Source of the DNA: Octopus sinensis
Taxonomy: Eukaryota
DNA: 64,000 nucleotides
NCBI RefSeq assembly: GCF_006345805.1
Contig: NC_043006.1
Coordinates: forward strand, 47,244,001 to 47,308,000
Direction: 5' to 3'
The stretch's first letter is position 1. Every line of letters begins with the position of its first letter. Of the stretch, positions 1 through 12,645 are shown piece by piece. Made by a program: the position numbers and the translations under genes. The notes under the pieces were generated by a model. That model did no database searches and was not told the DNA's origin. It worked only from the letters and a program-made list of their open reading frames with translations.

Positions 1-36
1 TGTATATGTGTGTGTGCGTAGTGTGTATACATATAT

Positions 37-66
<30 letters not shown>

Positions 67-68
<2 letters not shown>

Positions 69-285
69 CTCTTTTACTCTTTTACTTGTTTCAGTCATTT
101 GACTGCGGCCATGCTGGAGCACCGCCTCTAGTCGAGCAAATCGACCCCGGGACTTATTCTTTGTAAGCCCAGTACTTATTCTATCGATCTCTTTTGCCGA
201 ACCGCTAGGTGACGGGGACGTAACACACCAGTATCGGTTGTCAAGCAATGCTAGGGGGACAAACACAGACACACAACACACACAT

Positions 286-340
<55 letters not shown>

Positions 341-494
341 TACGACAGGCGTCTTTCAGTTTCTGTCTACCAAATCCACTCACAAGGCATTGGTCGGCCC
401 GGGGCTATAGCAGAAGACACTTGCCCAAGATGCCACGCAGTGGACTGAACCCGGAACCATGTGGTTGGTTAGCAAGCTACTTACCATACAGTCA

Positions 495-497
<3 letters not shown>
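67..497 (-). mobile_element. tRNA-derived SINE, family A (internal (CA)/(TA) microsatellite, TAAAAGAG tail)
   Basis: Reverse complement of the copies at 6404-6812 and 11044-11452; pol III-like head, internal microsatellite, 3' GGCGGTGCTCCAGCATGGCCGCAGTC...GTAAAAGAG tail. Confidence 0.9.
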
Positions 498-576
<79 letters not shown>

Positions 577-612
577 GTGCGTGTGTGTGTAGTGTATATA
601 ATATATATATAT

Positions 613-826
613 TTGAAATGAGGGTGAAAAATTGGATATTAATTTCATTAGCTTCAATTTAAAACCAGTGGTCTAGCATATTAAAATCTGAAGGTTCAGT
701 AAATTGTATTACATACATATGAGAGGACTGACCACTATGTGGACAACCCCTATGCTAGCTCTACTTATGCGGATCTAGTCCTAGCATAAGGGTTGTCCAA
801 ATAGTGGTCATCCCTCTCATATGTAT
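613..826. repeat. (TA)n-flanked retroelement-terminal-like module ending in a 45-bp-arm fold-back
   Basis: Arms 714-758 and 781-825 match at 41/45 positions with a 22-nt loop; both sides flanked by (TA)n. Confidence 0.7.
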
Positions 827-2217
827 TAAATATATATATATATATATATTCCAGGTTCATAACCTACCAAAGTCACAGCGATTTTGTGAGAGTAGACATT
901 GGTAACAACACTGAATAGCTAAATTCTAATTTATGGTTAAAGGATGTTGTTAAAAGATTAGGAAATAGCGACATTTTAAAATGAAGTGAAAGACAGAATC
1001 GGGAAATCAAGGAATTCATTTCAGCTTTTCCCTCGGTACACCGAGTTACTTTTCTGGAAGAGGAAAGCTGTCGTTGAACCAGCAAACAACGCTTAGAAAA
1101 CTCACAAGTTTAAAGAAAGCAATAATATAGGACGATGTTTATGTTGTGTATGATCTAAGGAGATTTAAGATGGAAATTAGATATAAAAAACAAAGTCTGT
1201 ATTTAAATAACGGAAGGGACAAACAACTACATTTTCATACATTTTTATTTTTTTACTTGGCAGCATTTAATATGCTTCCATCATTCTACTCGTTACGTTT
1301 CTGTCATATATAATATGGCTTCCCGTGTAACCATCAACGGTGTTAAACATTACTTTATTTTAATGTTTTTTAGCTCTTTTGTTTATTCACGATGATAATG
1401 TGCTTGCGTGTGGTTACGTGTTTTTATTTTTTTCACAATCTTGTAAGTATAAAAAATTTGGTTATCATATGTGTGTTTCAAAATACTTCTATATAACTAC
1501 ACATCTCTGTGTTATCATCATATTTGTTCTTAGTATTTCAATCTTGATTGTCTAGAAGAAACCTTAGTTGGCTAGTTCTACAGTATTCCGATGTTGGCTA
1601 GTACTACAGTATTCCGATATTGGCTGGTAGTTTAAAATTTCATTATTTTTCTACGATAAAGATTTGCAATGATAATGTTTTCTTCGGTATGACTCTATTT
1701 TTAATGAAATAAATCAAATGCATATGTCAGTCCCATGAAGGGAATCATACTACAGTTATTTAGCCCTAGGAAGCAGCAACGCTTCCTGTCGGCCTTGACA
1801 CATCTCTTGTGTCCTTATGTTTGCAAGGGGGAGATAAACACCTCCACCCAGCTAAGCCTGCATCCAAACTGAAATCAAATGCACTTATATATGATTATAA
1901 GCCAGAATATGAAGCAATGTCTCTATCGTGGTATTGGCGCAAAATTTCATGCTTATCACATTTACGCAATTTTCATTATTGGATTAACAATAGACTGGTA
2001 AATATCAGACAAAAGAATCGTGCAGATACTTCCCCTAATTGGCTAAAATCATTTCTCGGATTTTAAAATGCAATTTTGAGATCAATATACGTTATAAGCA
2101 TTGTTAAAATATACACTATTATTTAGTGATGTTATATTAAATTAGAGTTAGAGATTTTTCTGTTTTCTTAACTTTTGTTATTTAATAGATAATTTAGTTA
2201 ATATATATAAGGAATAC

Positions 2218-2218
<1 letters not shown>

Positions 2219-2248
<30 letters not shown>

Positions 2249-2300
2249 CATACATACATACATACGTACATACATACATACATACATACATACATACACA
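2219..2300. repeat. (TACA)n microsatellite
   Basis: Direct reading of sequence. Confidence 0.95.
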
Positions 2301-2312
2301 TATACATGTATA

Positions 2313-3120
2313 GGAAACTACAGGCCCATGGCTTGTCTAAATATCATGTACAAACTGTACACCAGTTGCCTCAACCAATTCCTTCAGGTTCATTGTGAGT
2401 CGAACAACATTGTGACTGATGAACAGGATGGCGGAAAGAGAGGACTGTGGAGATGTGCCGAACAACTTTTAATAAACAAAGCTGTACTGTCTGAAGTAAG
2501 AAAAGAACTCAGGAATCTTGTGACTGTATGGCTATAACAAGGCATTCGACTGTATCTCTCATTCATGGTTGTTGAAGTGCCTACATCTGCACTACCTTAA
2601 TTGCTGTTATAGAGAGAGACTTACAAAGATATGGACAACTATTCTTACCCTAATTGTTTCTGATAGTATAGGCATTTCAAAGGGAATATTCCAGGGAGAT
2701 AGTCTTACGGTATTTCTTTTCGTTTTGGCACTGAATCCACTATCGTTCCTACTGCAGAAAACAAATGGTTATATGCTAGGATCTTCAACTGCTAGAAAAA
2801 TAAAGGTAACTCATAATTTCTTTGTAGACGACCTGAAAAATTATGGTAAAAGTGTTAACAATGCCAAAAAACAATTGGAATTAATCAACATTTCAGCTGA
2901 TATAGGCATAGAATTCGACCAAAAGAACTGTTCATATTTGGTTATAGAACGAGGAAAGTCAGTTCCCAAAACCCAAAACATGTGTATCTCCGGTCTCTCT
3001 ATGTCCCCCATTCCACACAAAAAATGTTACCAGTACCTTGACATAGACGAAAGCGTATTATATGAATAAAGATAGAGTGACCAGAGAATATTATATCAGA
3101 CTTAGGAAAATATGGCAGTT
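2313..3120 (+). pseudogene. Non-LTR retrotransposon reverse transcriptase fragment, R4/Dong-like (RLE group), frameshifted
   Basis: GNYRPMACLNIMYKLYT, EQxGGKRG, KAFD, GIFQGDSL and FFVDDLK RT motifs across ORFs 2328-2537 and 2569-3069. Confidence 0.85.
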
Positions 3121-3411
3121 TACTCTCAGTAATGTAGGGATATATCTATAGTGAAACTGTTACTAAGCATAGTGACAGTCCAACAATAAATACATACGCT
3201 ATTCGGAAAGCATCAGCATAATAGTGCACTGAAGTGATGTAACCTTAGTTTCAAATTTTGGCACGAGGCCAGTCATTTGAGGAAACTTGGGCGATTCGAT
3301 TACATCGGCCCCAGTTCTCATCGTGTACTTATTTTATTAACCCCGAAAGGATGAAAGGGAGAGTTACCTACGGTGCAATATTGAACGCAGAACTTAAGGA
3401 TTGGCGAAATA

Positions 3412-3500
3412 TGGTGTAGTGGTTAAGAGCGCGGGCTACTAACTCTGAGTTTCCGAGTTCGATCCTACACAGTGACCTGAATAACAACAACAACAACAAC

Positions 3501-3541
<41 letters not shown>

Positions 3542-3720
3542 CAACAACAACATCGAAATATACCTTACTTAAGAATGAGAACCCATGTTTGAAATATCCC
3601 CAACACACCTGATGAAGACTGGAGAGTATATCAGCCGAAACGTTGTATTAACAACAAACAGGATGAGGACAAATATCTGCCAAATGTAAATAATGTAAAT
3701 AATGTAAACAATGTAAATAA
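3412..3720 (+). mobile_element. tRNA-headed SINE family G: head + (AAC/AAT)n + hammerhead-like tail + (AATGTAAAT)n
   Basis: A-box TGGTGTAGTGG, B-box-like GAGTTCGATCC, tandem AATGTAAAT tail, TSD-like flanks TTGGCGAAATA / TGGGTGAAATA (9/11). Confidence 0.8.
3605..3648 (+). ncRNA. Minimal type I hammerhead ribozyme motif
   Basis: ACAC-CTGATGA-A-GACTGG(loop)TCAGCC-GAAA-CG-TT-GTAT; stem I 3/4 paired, stem II 5/6 paired, self-complementary ACGT stem III. Confidence 0.65.
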
Positions 3721-4158
3721 TGGGTGAAATACTGTTTAGCAATTTTCCCAGCGTGCTAACGATTCTGCCTAATCATCGCCTTCTGATATGATGTTATCTG
3801 GGCAAGTGTTTAATCAGAGAATCACAATATGTAGAACTAGGAAGGAAATTGAATCTCTTGCTTTCTGGAGATATAGTAGAAATAAGGATTAGTACTTACT
3901 AGCGTGCACAGTATGTTGTTTTGCAGTAGCAATGTCTCGCCTTGCGTTTGGTTGGTCTTTAACTATGACACATAGGTTTTCCTTTCGCCTCTATAGCAGC
4001 TGTTTCGCTACGTTGAAAATGCCTGCAGTGATATTTCTCTCGATCACTTAGCTGCAGACGTATTTTAATGGACATAACAAAATTATAGAACTCGATATTG
4101 TTGTGTTGACATCATTTATTATGTTTGCTGCCTTTCAAGCAAATAGGTTTTCGATATA

Positions 4159-4375
4159 GGCGTAGGAGTGACCGTGTGGTAAGTAGTTTGCTTACGAACC
4201 ACATGGTTCCGAGTTCAGCCCGACTGCGTGGCACCTTGGACACGTGTCTTCTACTATAGCCTCAGGCTGACCAAATCCTTGTGAGTGGATTTGGCAGACG
4301 GAAACTGAAAGAAGCCCGTCGTATATATGTATGTATATATGTAGTGTGTATATGTCTGTCTGTCTGTGTTTGTCT
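4159..4375 (+). mobile_element. SINE family A, 5' half
   Basis: Matches head and body of 6404-6620; ends after the internal microsatellite. Confidence 0.85.
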
Positions 4376-4618
4376 TCCCATTGTTTTCAAGAGGAGACCA
4401 TGTATATGAGGGAGAGAAAAGAGGAAAGGAGAGGAAGATATATGAGAAAAAGTAACAGAATATTTATAAGACAAAATTTCAAAGCACTTAAGACCAGACC
4501 AATTGAAGGATACATATCGTTTAACAAACATACATGCATTCAGTTATTTTCAGTCATTTGACTCCGGCCATGCAGACACAAAGTCTGTATATATCTATAT
4601 GTGTGTGTGCGTATGTAT

Positions 4619-5110
4619 ATTCTTTTATTCTTTTATATGTTTCCTTCCAATGACTGTGGCCATACTGGAGCACCGCCATTGTAATCATAGTTCCACGTTC
4701 CACATTTATCGGAGCGGCTTTTTGGTGAAGGATGGAGTTCGATGCAACTGCCCTCTTTTGAGTTTCTTGCTTAGATATTGACTCATCTGGTATCTCGGTG
4801 AGCCAGAGGTCAAGTTCACGTTTGAGAACGTCTACATCCACTTCATGGAGGCTCCGCAGTTGCTTCCACAGACAGTTAAAGAGCTGTGGGCTCTTGAAAC
4901 CCAAGCTATTGCAGTACATCGTCCTTGCCCGAGATGAAACAGTCGACACAGTGGGGACAGCACAGGGACATCCTGTTCTTGGTCTGGCTGGTATAGCTCT
5001 TAATTCCAAAGTTTGGTACCAGTCCTTCCAGTATCTTCCATATTCAATCCCAGTAGTTCAATCGTTCCATTGATGTAAGTTTCTTTGTGTAATGTCGTTG
5101 GACTGCTTCA
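4619..5110 (-). pseudogene. 3' end of a LINE (CR1/L2-group-like RT C-terminus plus 3' tail)
   Basis: EAVQRHYTKKLTSMERLNYWD, NSLGFKSPQLFNCL, LDLWLTEIPDE, RAVASNSILHQ; second copy at 60368-60543. Confidence 0.75.
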
Positions 5111-5214
5111 TTATATATACATACTACTGCTACCATTCCATTGGAACACAAGGAAACACCACGGTTACCACTACTACGACCAACAATCACTACTGCTGCT
5201 ACCATTCCATTGGA

Positions 5215-5505
5215 ACACAAGGAAACAAAAAAACGGTTCCTTTTGATACCAGCAAGAAACAATAATGAACTTCGTTACTACACTCAACTGTAATATAGCG
5301 ATTTATACCAACTACCGACAAAACACCACCACATGGATTCTATTGAGACCAGTAAGAAACAATTATGAACTTTTCTATTGCATTTTTTATAATATTTTTG
5401 ATAAGGTTCGTTTTTTCAAGAACCTAAACATGTAAAATTCATAAGAAAATTAAAATTTATCTAATATAGTGGCGTTTTCAAACTTCTTTTTTACAAATAT
5501 ACATA
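5215..5505 (+). mobile_element. Penelope-terminal-repeat-like module (family U) with hammerhead variant
   Basis: Colinear with 39400-39720 (minus) and partly with 30075-30200 (minus); internal ACCAGYAAGAAACAAT direct repeat; ends in (TA)n. Confidence 0.65.
5394..5438 (+). ncRNA. Hammerhead motif, U3:A8 core variant (G12 mutated in this copy)
   Basis: ATTT-TTGATAA-GGTTC(10 nt)GAACC-TAAA-CATG-TA-AAAT. Confidence 0.45.
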
Positions 5506-5524
5506 TATTTATACATATATGTAC

Positions 5525-5589
<65 letters not shown>

Positions 5590-5591
<2 letters not shown>

Positions 5592-5810
5592 TCCGTAATA
5601 ATGAAGGGTGAAATTAATTAATTTGGAAAAATTATCAATTACACAAGTAGTCTTCGGCATGTAAAAGCCTCATTCGAGGAAAATTTAAGTAATACTAAGC
5701 AATAAGGGTTTAGCAACGAGTTGCCTTACCACATACCGAATTTAGAATAGCAGTCAAAGGGTTATAGCTATTTCTTCTACAAAAAAGGGAGATCTCAGTA
5801 AAAAAAAAGG
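5590..5810. repeat. (TA)n-flanked dispersed module, related to 53550-53680
   Basis: Shared AAGGGTRAAATTAAT...CAAGTAG..TTCGGCATG...TTAAGTAATAC motif order. Confidence 0.55.
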
Positions 5811-6403
5811 GAGATCTATATATACATATATATATACATATATATACATACATAAACACAAACACAAAGACACACACACACACATATACATATATACTTC
5901 CCACAATATAGACAGATACAGGTCAGTGAGCACATAGATAGATGTGCTAGGGACCTTAAATCAAACTTGCTAATTTTCCGTCTTTGTCAAGGTTCCCAGA
6001 ACACCCCAGTGCAGCAAAGACTAAATAACAAAGCAATTGTCATTGATAAATATCAGCAACTTAACATGAACATGCAACTTAATACAGGTCACCACTAACC
6101 TTACTAATACGAGTTTTCCCACTAATCCTCATACATCACATTTTAATCTATTTTCAAGATAGACTCCAAAATACATTAACATGTCCCTGTATCTCTTCCT
6201 TTTTCCTCTTTTACAATTTATTTGCAAATATCCGGTCAGTTTCTCCGACATAACCTCTTTGCTTTTCCTTCTAAACTTTTTTCATTTGGTAATACCTTTT
6301 TGATGTTTTTCATTAGTTTTTTTTTACACTGACAACAATGGTAATACATAACTATTATTATTATTATTATTATAATTATTGTTTTTTTTCTTAAATGTAT
6401 ACA

Positions 6404-6574
6404 GGCGCAGGAGTGGTTGTGTGGTAAGTAGCTTGCTAACAAACCACATGGTTCCGGGTTCAGTCCCACTGCGTGGCATCTTGGGCAAGTGTCTTCTGCT
6501 ATAGCCCCGGGCCGACTAATGCCTTGTGAGTGGATTTGGTAGACGGAAACTGAAAGAAGCATGTCGTATATATG

Positions 6575-6609
<35 letters not shown>

Positions 6610-6812
6610 CTGTGTTTGTCCCCCTAGCATTGCTTGACAACCGATGCTGGTGTGTTTACGTCCCCATCACTTAGTGGTTCGGCAAAAGAGACCGATAGAA
6701 TAAGTACTAGGTTTACAAAGAATAAGTCCTGGGGTCGATTTGGTCGACTAAAGGCGGTGCTCCAGCATGGCCGCAGTCAAATGACTGAAACAAGTAAAAG
6801 AGTAAAAGAGAG
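6404..6812 (+). mobile_element. SINE family A, full length
   Basis: GGCGCAGGAGTGGTTGTGTGGTAAG head, GGTTCAGTCC B-box-like motif, internal (TG)n, GTAAAAGAG tail. Confidence 0.9.
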
Positions 6813-7114
6813 TAAGAGTTTGTATTGCCATTTGAAACGGTCGTATGTGGAAATTAAATTCTAATTTGAAATTTTAACATCTCTCCATTTTTATAAATGT
6901 TAGTAGCGTTTTATGTAAGATTGTATCTTATACGTGCCTATAACGAACCTTTTACTTGTTATTGTCATATTTTAATTACTTGCTTTAGCAGGCTATCATT
7001 TTAATATGATGAATATATATTAGAAATACTTCTTTTTGGACTCCCTGAAAATTTCTCACACACATATATTCGTTGCATACATATTTTTCATATGTACCTC
7101 TCTCTCTATCTCTT

Positions 7115-7156
<42 letters not shown>

Positions 7157-7697
7157 TATGCATACACACACACACACGCACACACATATTTACATACAAT
7201 ATATTACACTTGAGTGTAATTAGGTTTACATCATATTTCGCGTCTAGTACACTTTACCCATCTCCTGGTGTTTAATACTTATAATTACTTCATTTAAATC
7301 TTCCCCTCATACATTCTTCATTCATTGCCTAATTGCAGTCATTTAGTTCTAAATCTCATATGTTATTGTCAGCAACTTTTTATCTCGTTTATACAGGTTC
7401 CATTAGACTAAATCTCACATTTATTTCTCTTTCAATCTCATATTGTCGTAGTAGTCCTCCAGCTTATTACCTTTCATAAAATATAGATTTTCAAATCTCT
7501 CTCTCTCCCTCCTTCACTTCTTAATTATCTTTAGCTCTATGCATGTATGTATGTATGTATGTATGTATGTATGTATGTATGTGTCTCTATTTATACCTAT
7601 GTATATATCTATTTATCCATCTATCTGTTTGTCTTTCTATACTGTTATCTAACTATTCATATAAACATCTTATTATTTACCTATCTATCTACACACC

Positions 7698-7742
<45 letters not shown>

Positions 7743-7964
7743 ACCTATGTGTTTGTCTACTTCTCTATCCAAGCGTTTCATTTATGATAGGCCCCCGCAA
7801 TTTTCGGGTCATCAAATGCATCCTATTTGTTCCTTACTTTAAAATTTTGTTCAAAAGTTTAGACACATTTTACCTAAATTATCTAGCATTTAGTAAAACC
7901 AGTAAACACACATGAATTTGGATTCATACATACGTACAAAAGTGTATTGTATATATACATAATA

Positions 7965-8504
7965 TTGGGTTGTCCGGAAAGTTCGTGCCGATTTATAGTA
8001 GCTTAAATTACGACTTATTTTAGAACATGGATGAGTCCATAAAATAGGATTTCACTACAACGCCATTTAGAGCACAGTTTAACCTATCTTTTCGTGGAAG
8101 AAGGTTTATGTTCCTATAACCTGTGTTAATTCTGTAACCTTTTAAAATGGAAGATAAGAAAGTTCATTTTCGGCATTTGCTGCAGCTCGGCTGGGATGTG
8201 TTACGCCACCCTCCATATTTACCAGATATTGCTCCTTCGGACTTCCACTTATTCAGGTCTCTGCAGAATAGTCTTAATGGTAAACATTTCAATTCATTGG
8301 ATGACGTAAAAAGATACCTTGATGAATTCTTTGCCATGAAACCACCTCAATTCTGGGAAGAATGTATTTTCAAGTTAAAAGAAAGATGGAGACGCATAGT
8401 GGAACAAAATGGTTCATATTTGGTTGATTAAAAATGTAATAGCAAGTATTTATTTACCTTTCTCTTTCCTTTAAAAATCGGCATGAACTTTCCGGACAAC
8501 CCAA
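7965..8504 (+). mobile_element. Internally deleted mariner (Tc1/mariner) element
   Basis: 30-bp TIRs TTGGGTTGTCCGGAAAGTTCRTGCCGATTT, TA TSDs; ORF 8147-8431 has HPPYLPDIAPSDFHLF (mariner YSPDLAP motif) and C-terminal KERW. Confidence 0.95.
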
Positions 8505-9239
8505 TACATATGTTTCTGTTCGGATTTATATATGAGGACCCAGAGCATAGTACTTAAATCAGTATGTATATGGTTTGCAACTGAGTAGATGCATATTTGT
8601 CATAAATACCAGAGTTTATGCATGTATATGTGTGTGTGTGTGTACTTGACGCTTTATTTTCTTATTGTTGTCATTTCCGCCCCAGCTATTTATATTATGT
8701 TTATGTATAACTCTTTCCATATTGGTTGCATTTGTATTCCTGTCGAATCTATTATAGCTTCCTGTTTGTTCCATCTCTACGTTTTCTATCTTCCTTTCAG
8801 TATGACATATCACCAATTGTCACATTCAATTCCAGTTTCATCTTCCACTCCAGCTTCTTAATCGCGTTTCCGTCTTCTTTCATTCCTTTCTTCGTGCTTT
8901 ATTTTATATCACCAATACCCTACCCGCTGTAATCATCTCTTTTTTTTTTTATTATACCATCTTTTTAATATCCTTCATTAATACAAGCGCCTGTTTTCGA
9001 TGAATAGTTGCTGTGAACGTATGGTTAGTGCTTATGAATTGGATCCATTCACTGATATACGGGTATCACGACAGGATGTTGTTGAAAACTATAAAGCACT
9101 TCATTCGTAATAATATCCAGCACACTGAAATAGGCAGCTAGAGCAACATTTCCTCAATCAGTCTTCATCTAATTAAATTACGGATTCACTTTCATTATTA
9201 AACCAGTGGAGTTGTTCGCTTTTAACAGGCGATTAATCG

Positions 9240-10215
9240 TGTTTGACAGAGAAAAAGATGATTGTCTTTAAGGAAGCAACAACTATATCATCGGCGACAG
9301 GTATCCTAATAGCCAAACTCTATAAAAACAATTTATCATGCTAGAACATAAATTTACAAATTCGTATGAGATCTATATAATAGATTGTATTAACCTCTGC
9401 ATATGTTAGGTATAACGTAATTCAATGACTCTGGGGCGATGAAATACACAAACAAATCGAAATTGATTTGAATTCTAGATTTACATGTAGAAATATTAAC
9501 ACTGTAAATCATCACGTAACAGAAAGTGCACAATCTCTGCTAGTCCTCTCGCTATTCATAGCTTAAGGATAGATATGCTGTATTTGACGTTTTTCCTAGG
9601 CTGGAACTCAGCGGCTTTCGTGAAATATGTCGCAGATATGGCCACGCTGTATTTATTTAAATATCGTATATCTACGTCGGAATTATTCCAGTGTATCTTT
9701 CTCTAACACTGTAGAGTATCAGTTGAGAGGAATAAAGCGGATACATCTAGCAGGTTGAGCATATATGTAGAGATTATGTTATTGACTTGTATTCAGTTAT
9801 CAAATAAGGGCTATATACGCTGCTGCAGGTGTAATGTTAGGTAAGCATATCTTTGTAGTAATGATGCACGTGCGCGACGTTGGGATAGTAAGAGATTTTT
9901 GTTATTTTTTAAGGATATACTCAAGTCAGTAAACAGTACCTACAGACTTCTCAAAGCCACCTACAGTCGTGATATCAATGCAGATAATAATCCTCTTCAA
10001 CATCTTCAAGTCTACATCTGCAGAGCAGGCATGGTTGGGAGGTATTTCCAGAAATCGTACGCCTAGGAAGGAAGTTTTTGAAAAATACAGTAGATCGGAA
10101 ATTAGGGGTGGGGGACATAACATGGGTAACGGGAAAACGTTTGAGTGTATCAAACATAAATTGAGAAGGAATGAAACTATTTTCGTATGTAAACATAACA
10201 AAGAAGCATTAAACT
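9240..10215 (+). pseudogene. Highly decayed piggyBac-like transposase relic
   Basis: Frameshifted D-E-K-M-I-V-F-K-G (cf. DESMIPFKGR) near 9250, RVSV-RGIK (cf. YRISIRGKKW) near 9715, IRGGGH...C...TIFVC...AL (cf. C-terminal Cys-rich domain) near 10110-10210. Confidence 0.4.
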
Positions 10216-10759
10216 AAACACTATAAAATATTCTGTTCAGAAATTTATTTTCAGTGTTGCTTAACTGACCTAATTGTAATATAGAATTGTCATTACATAT
10301 ACAGCAAATAACCAATTTTAAATAGTTGGGAAATATTTTTAGCGGAATTGGAATCTGGGTCGTGGAAATTTATGATGTAGTTTCCTGCTGAATGAGGAAA
10401 CCCGAGAAATACGATACAGCTTAGAAGCTGACAACACAGATTAGGTTTACACTAAAAAATAAATAGATGAATAAATACATAAAAATCTCTCCTCATTTTC
10501 GCTTCTCTAACATTTCCTATTTACCACATCTCGTGGTCGAGGACATATAATGGAATCGAAAATAAAAAAATATTTCTAAACGAATTAATCATCGAATTAT
10601 GTATTCAATCCAAGAAAACGTTATTGAATTAGAAGTAAAGCCGTTTCATTACTGCATATATGATTTTTTCTTCTACAAGTACAGGGACAGCAGTTTGAAA
10701 GGAGAAGGTAAGACGATACCTTCGCTCCTAGTACTTAACTCTTACTTTATGCTATAGAT

Positions 10760-11038
10760 CAGTGGTTCTCAAAGTAGGCGGTATTGCCCCCCCCCCCTGG
10801 GGCAGTGGAAAGATCCAAGGGGACGTTGAAGAAAAGTTGAGTGGTAACGGAGTAGAGATTCATGCAAAAACCACAAAATAATTGGTTCATTAGGTTAAGT
10901 TTTATTTGTGAAATACAGTTGCTTTGAATTTGCTTTAGAAATCGGTCTATGTTTGTGATGGTTAGTTGGGGTGGCGGCGCTAGGAATGTGGCCCAGGTGT
11001 CAGCGGGGCGGCAGCCAGAAAACGCTTCGGAATTACTG
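10760..11038. mobile_element. hAT (Charlie-like) MITE
   Basis: Left TIR CAGTGGTTCTCAAA, degenerate right TIR TTCGGAATTACTG, 8-bp TSD CTATAGAT / CTATAGGC. Confidence 0.7.
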
Positions 11039-11043
11039 CTATA

Positions 11044-11452
11044 GGCGTAGGAGTCGCTTTGTGGTAAGTAGCTTGCTTACGGACCACATGGTTCCGGGTT
11101 CAGTCCCACTGCGTGGCACCTTGGGCATGTGTCTTCTTCTATAGCCTCAGGCCGATCAAAGCCTTGTAAGTGGATTTGGTTGACGGAAACTGAAAGAAGC
11201 TCGTCGTATATATGTATATATACGTATGTATGTGTGTGTATATGTTTGTGTGTCTGTGTTTGTCCCCCTAACATCGCTTGTCCACCGATGTTGCTGTGCT
11301 CACCCTCCCCGTAACTTAGTGGTTCAACAAAAGGGACCGATAGAATAAGTACTAGGCTTACAAAGAATAAGTCCTGGGGTCGATTTGCTCGACTAAAGTT
11401 GGTGCTCCGGCATGGCCGCAGTCAAATGACTGAAACAAGTAAAAGAGTAAAA
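11044..11452 (+). mobile_element. SINE family A, full length
   Basis: Colinear with 6404-6812. Confidence 0.9.
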
Positions 11453-12406
11453 GGTACACGATAAGCTGACTCCAGCGGTAAAGTTGACTCCAGCGGCAAC
11501 TGAACTCAGAAGAAATAACCCTAGTATGCAACAACATACATAGTCGACGCTTTGTAAATTAATGGGACATTAGTCCATTTTTGTGCTGGTATTTCTTATA
11601 GCGTCGTGCAGTTTAAAAAGACGGTGGCTATGTAGAGGCAGGTGCACTGAGACGTAAATAAATAAGTGTCTAGGCTTTGGATATAGTGCAGCACATGACC
11701 ATGGTTATGTATAAATATGACAAAGACTTGGCTCCTTGCCCGCTACTTTATCAACACAAATGTCTGCTGCTCAGCAGAAAAGAATTAGTGACATCAAAGC
11801 AAGAAAGCGATAAAATAAATCAATGAAATAAATAATTTGAAAAATATGTTTCACATTTTCATATATAAAAGTGAGCGTATGCGCACGCGATTGTGTCTAC
11901 ATACACACACAGATACACACACATACACACATCACACATACATACATACATACACAGACACACACTTATATTCAGTGAGAGTGTAAGTGAGTGTAGCAAT
12001 TGACACATTTTTTTTTTCGGAATACACATTTAAATACTTTGTGTTCCTCGGCAGCCTAACGTGACTTGTAGAAGCATTCGTTGTTCAAAGCAAGGAAATC
12101 CTTTTTCTAGCGGGTCTCTACATACATTGTACTAATCAGTAGCTTGCAATGCTGAAATCAATTTAAGCTCAACGTATTAAACATTAGAAAGTGTGAAATT
12201 ATTACAGAAAATCTACCTTAATGTAAGCATGTATAATTCTGTTTCAAAAAGTCATCTATCATAGAAGAGCAATTAAGAGGAAAAGAAAACGTTTGTTAAC
12301 TATGCTACGCGAGTCACATGATTGTATGTCACGAGATTGAACTTTCATTTGGTGCATTACGGCATTTATGCGCAAAAATCTTGCTGACTGAGTCATTATG
12401 GGACTT

Positions 12407-12645
12407 AAGGAGACTGCAAGACTCAGGCAGAAATGGTAGCACGCCGGGCGAAATGCGTAGCCGTATTTCGTCTGCCGTTACGTTCTGAGTTCAAATTCAG
12501 TCGAGGTCGACTTTGTCTTTCATTCTTTCGGGGTCGATTGAATAAGCACCAGTTACACACTGGGGTCGATATAATCGCCTTAATCCGTTGTCTGTCCTTT
12601 TTTGTCCTCTCTGTGTTTAGCCCCTTGTAGGTAGTAAAGAAATCG
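12407..12645 (+). mobile_element. SINE family B
   Basis: Colinear with 30773-30995 and the reverse complement of 28141-28378; GAGTTCAAATTC B-box, AAAGAAAT tail. Confidence 0.85.

Larger units (their letters stand above)
3255..3785 (-). mobile_element. Degenerate SINE family B copy interrupted by a family G SINE
   Basis: CCCCGAAAGGATGAAAGG and GCGTGCTAACGATTCTGCC segments match family B (28141-28378) on either side of the 3412-3720 insert. Confidence 0.7.

Noticed and set aside
873-1190. Possible Penelope linker relic (HKLEFSYSVLLPM)
   Set aside because: Only one weak motif resemblance; frames are too broken to support a call.
1572-1630. 26-bp direct repeat TTGGCTAGTWCTACAGTATTCCGAT (about 2.3 copies), superficially CRISPR-like
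   Set aside because: Contiguous tandem copies with no spacers, eukaryotic context and no cas genes.
6180-6330. Minus-strand peptide NEKSLEGKAKRLCRRN resembling the R4 pre-Zn-knuckle region
   Set aside because: Too short and degenerate to call without a database search.
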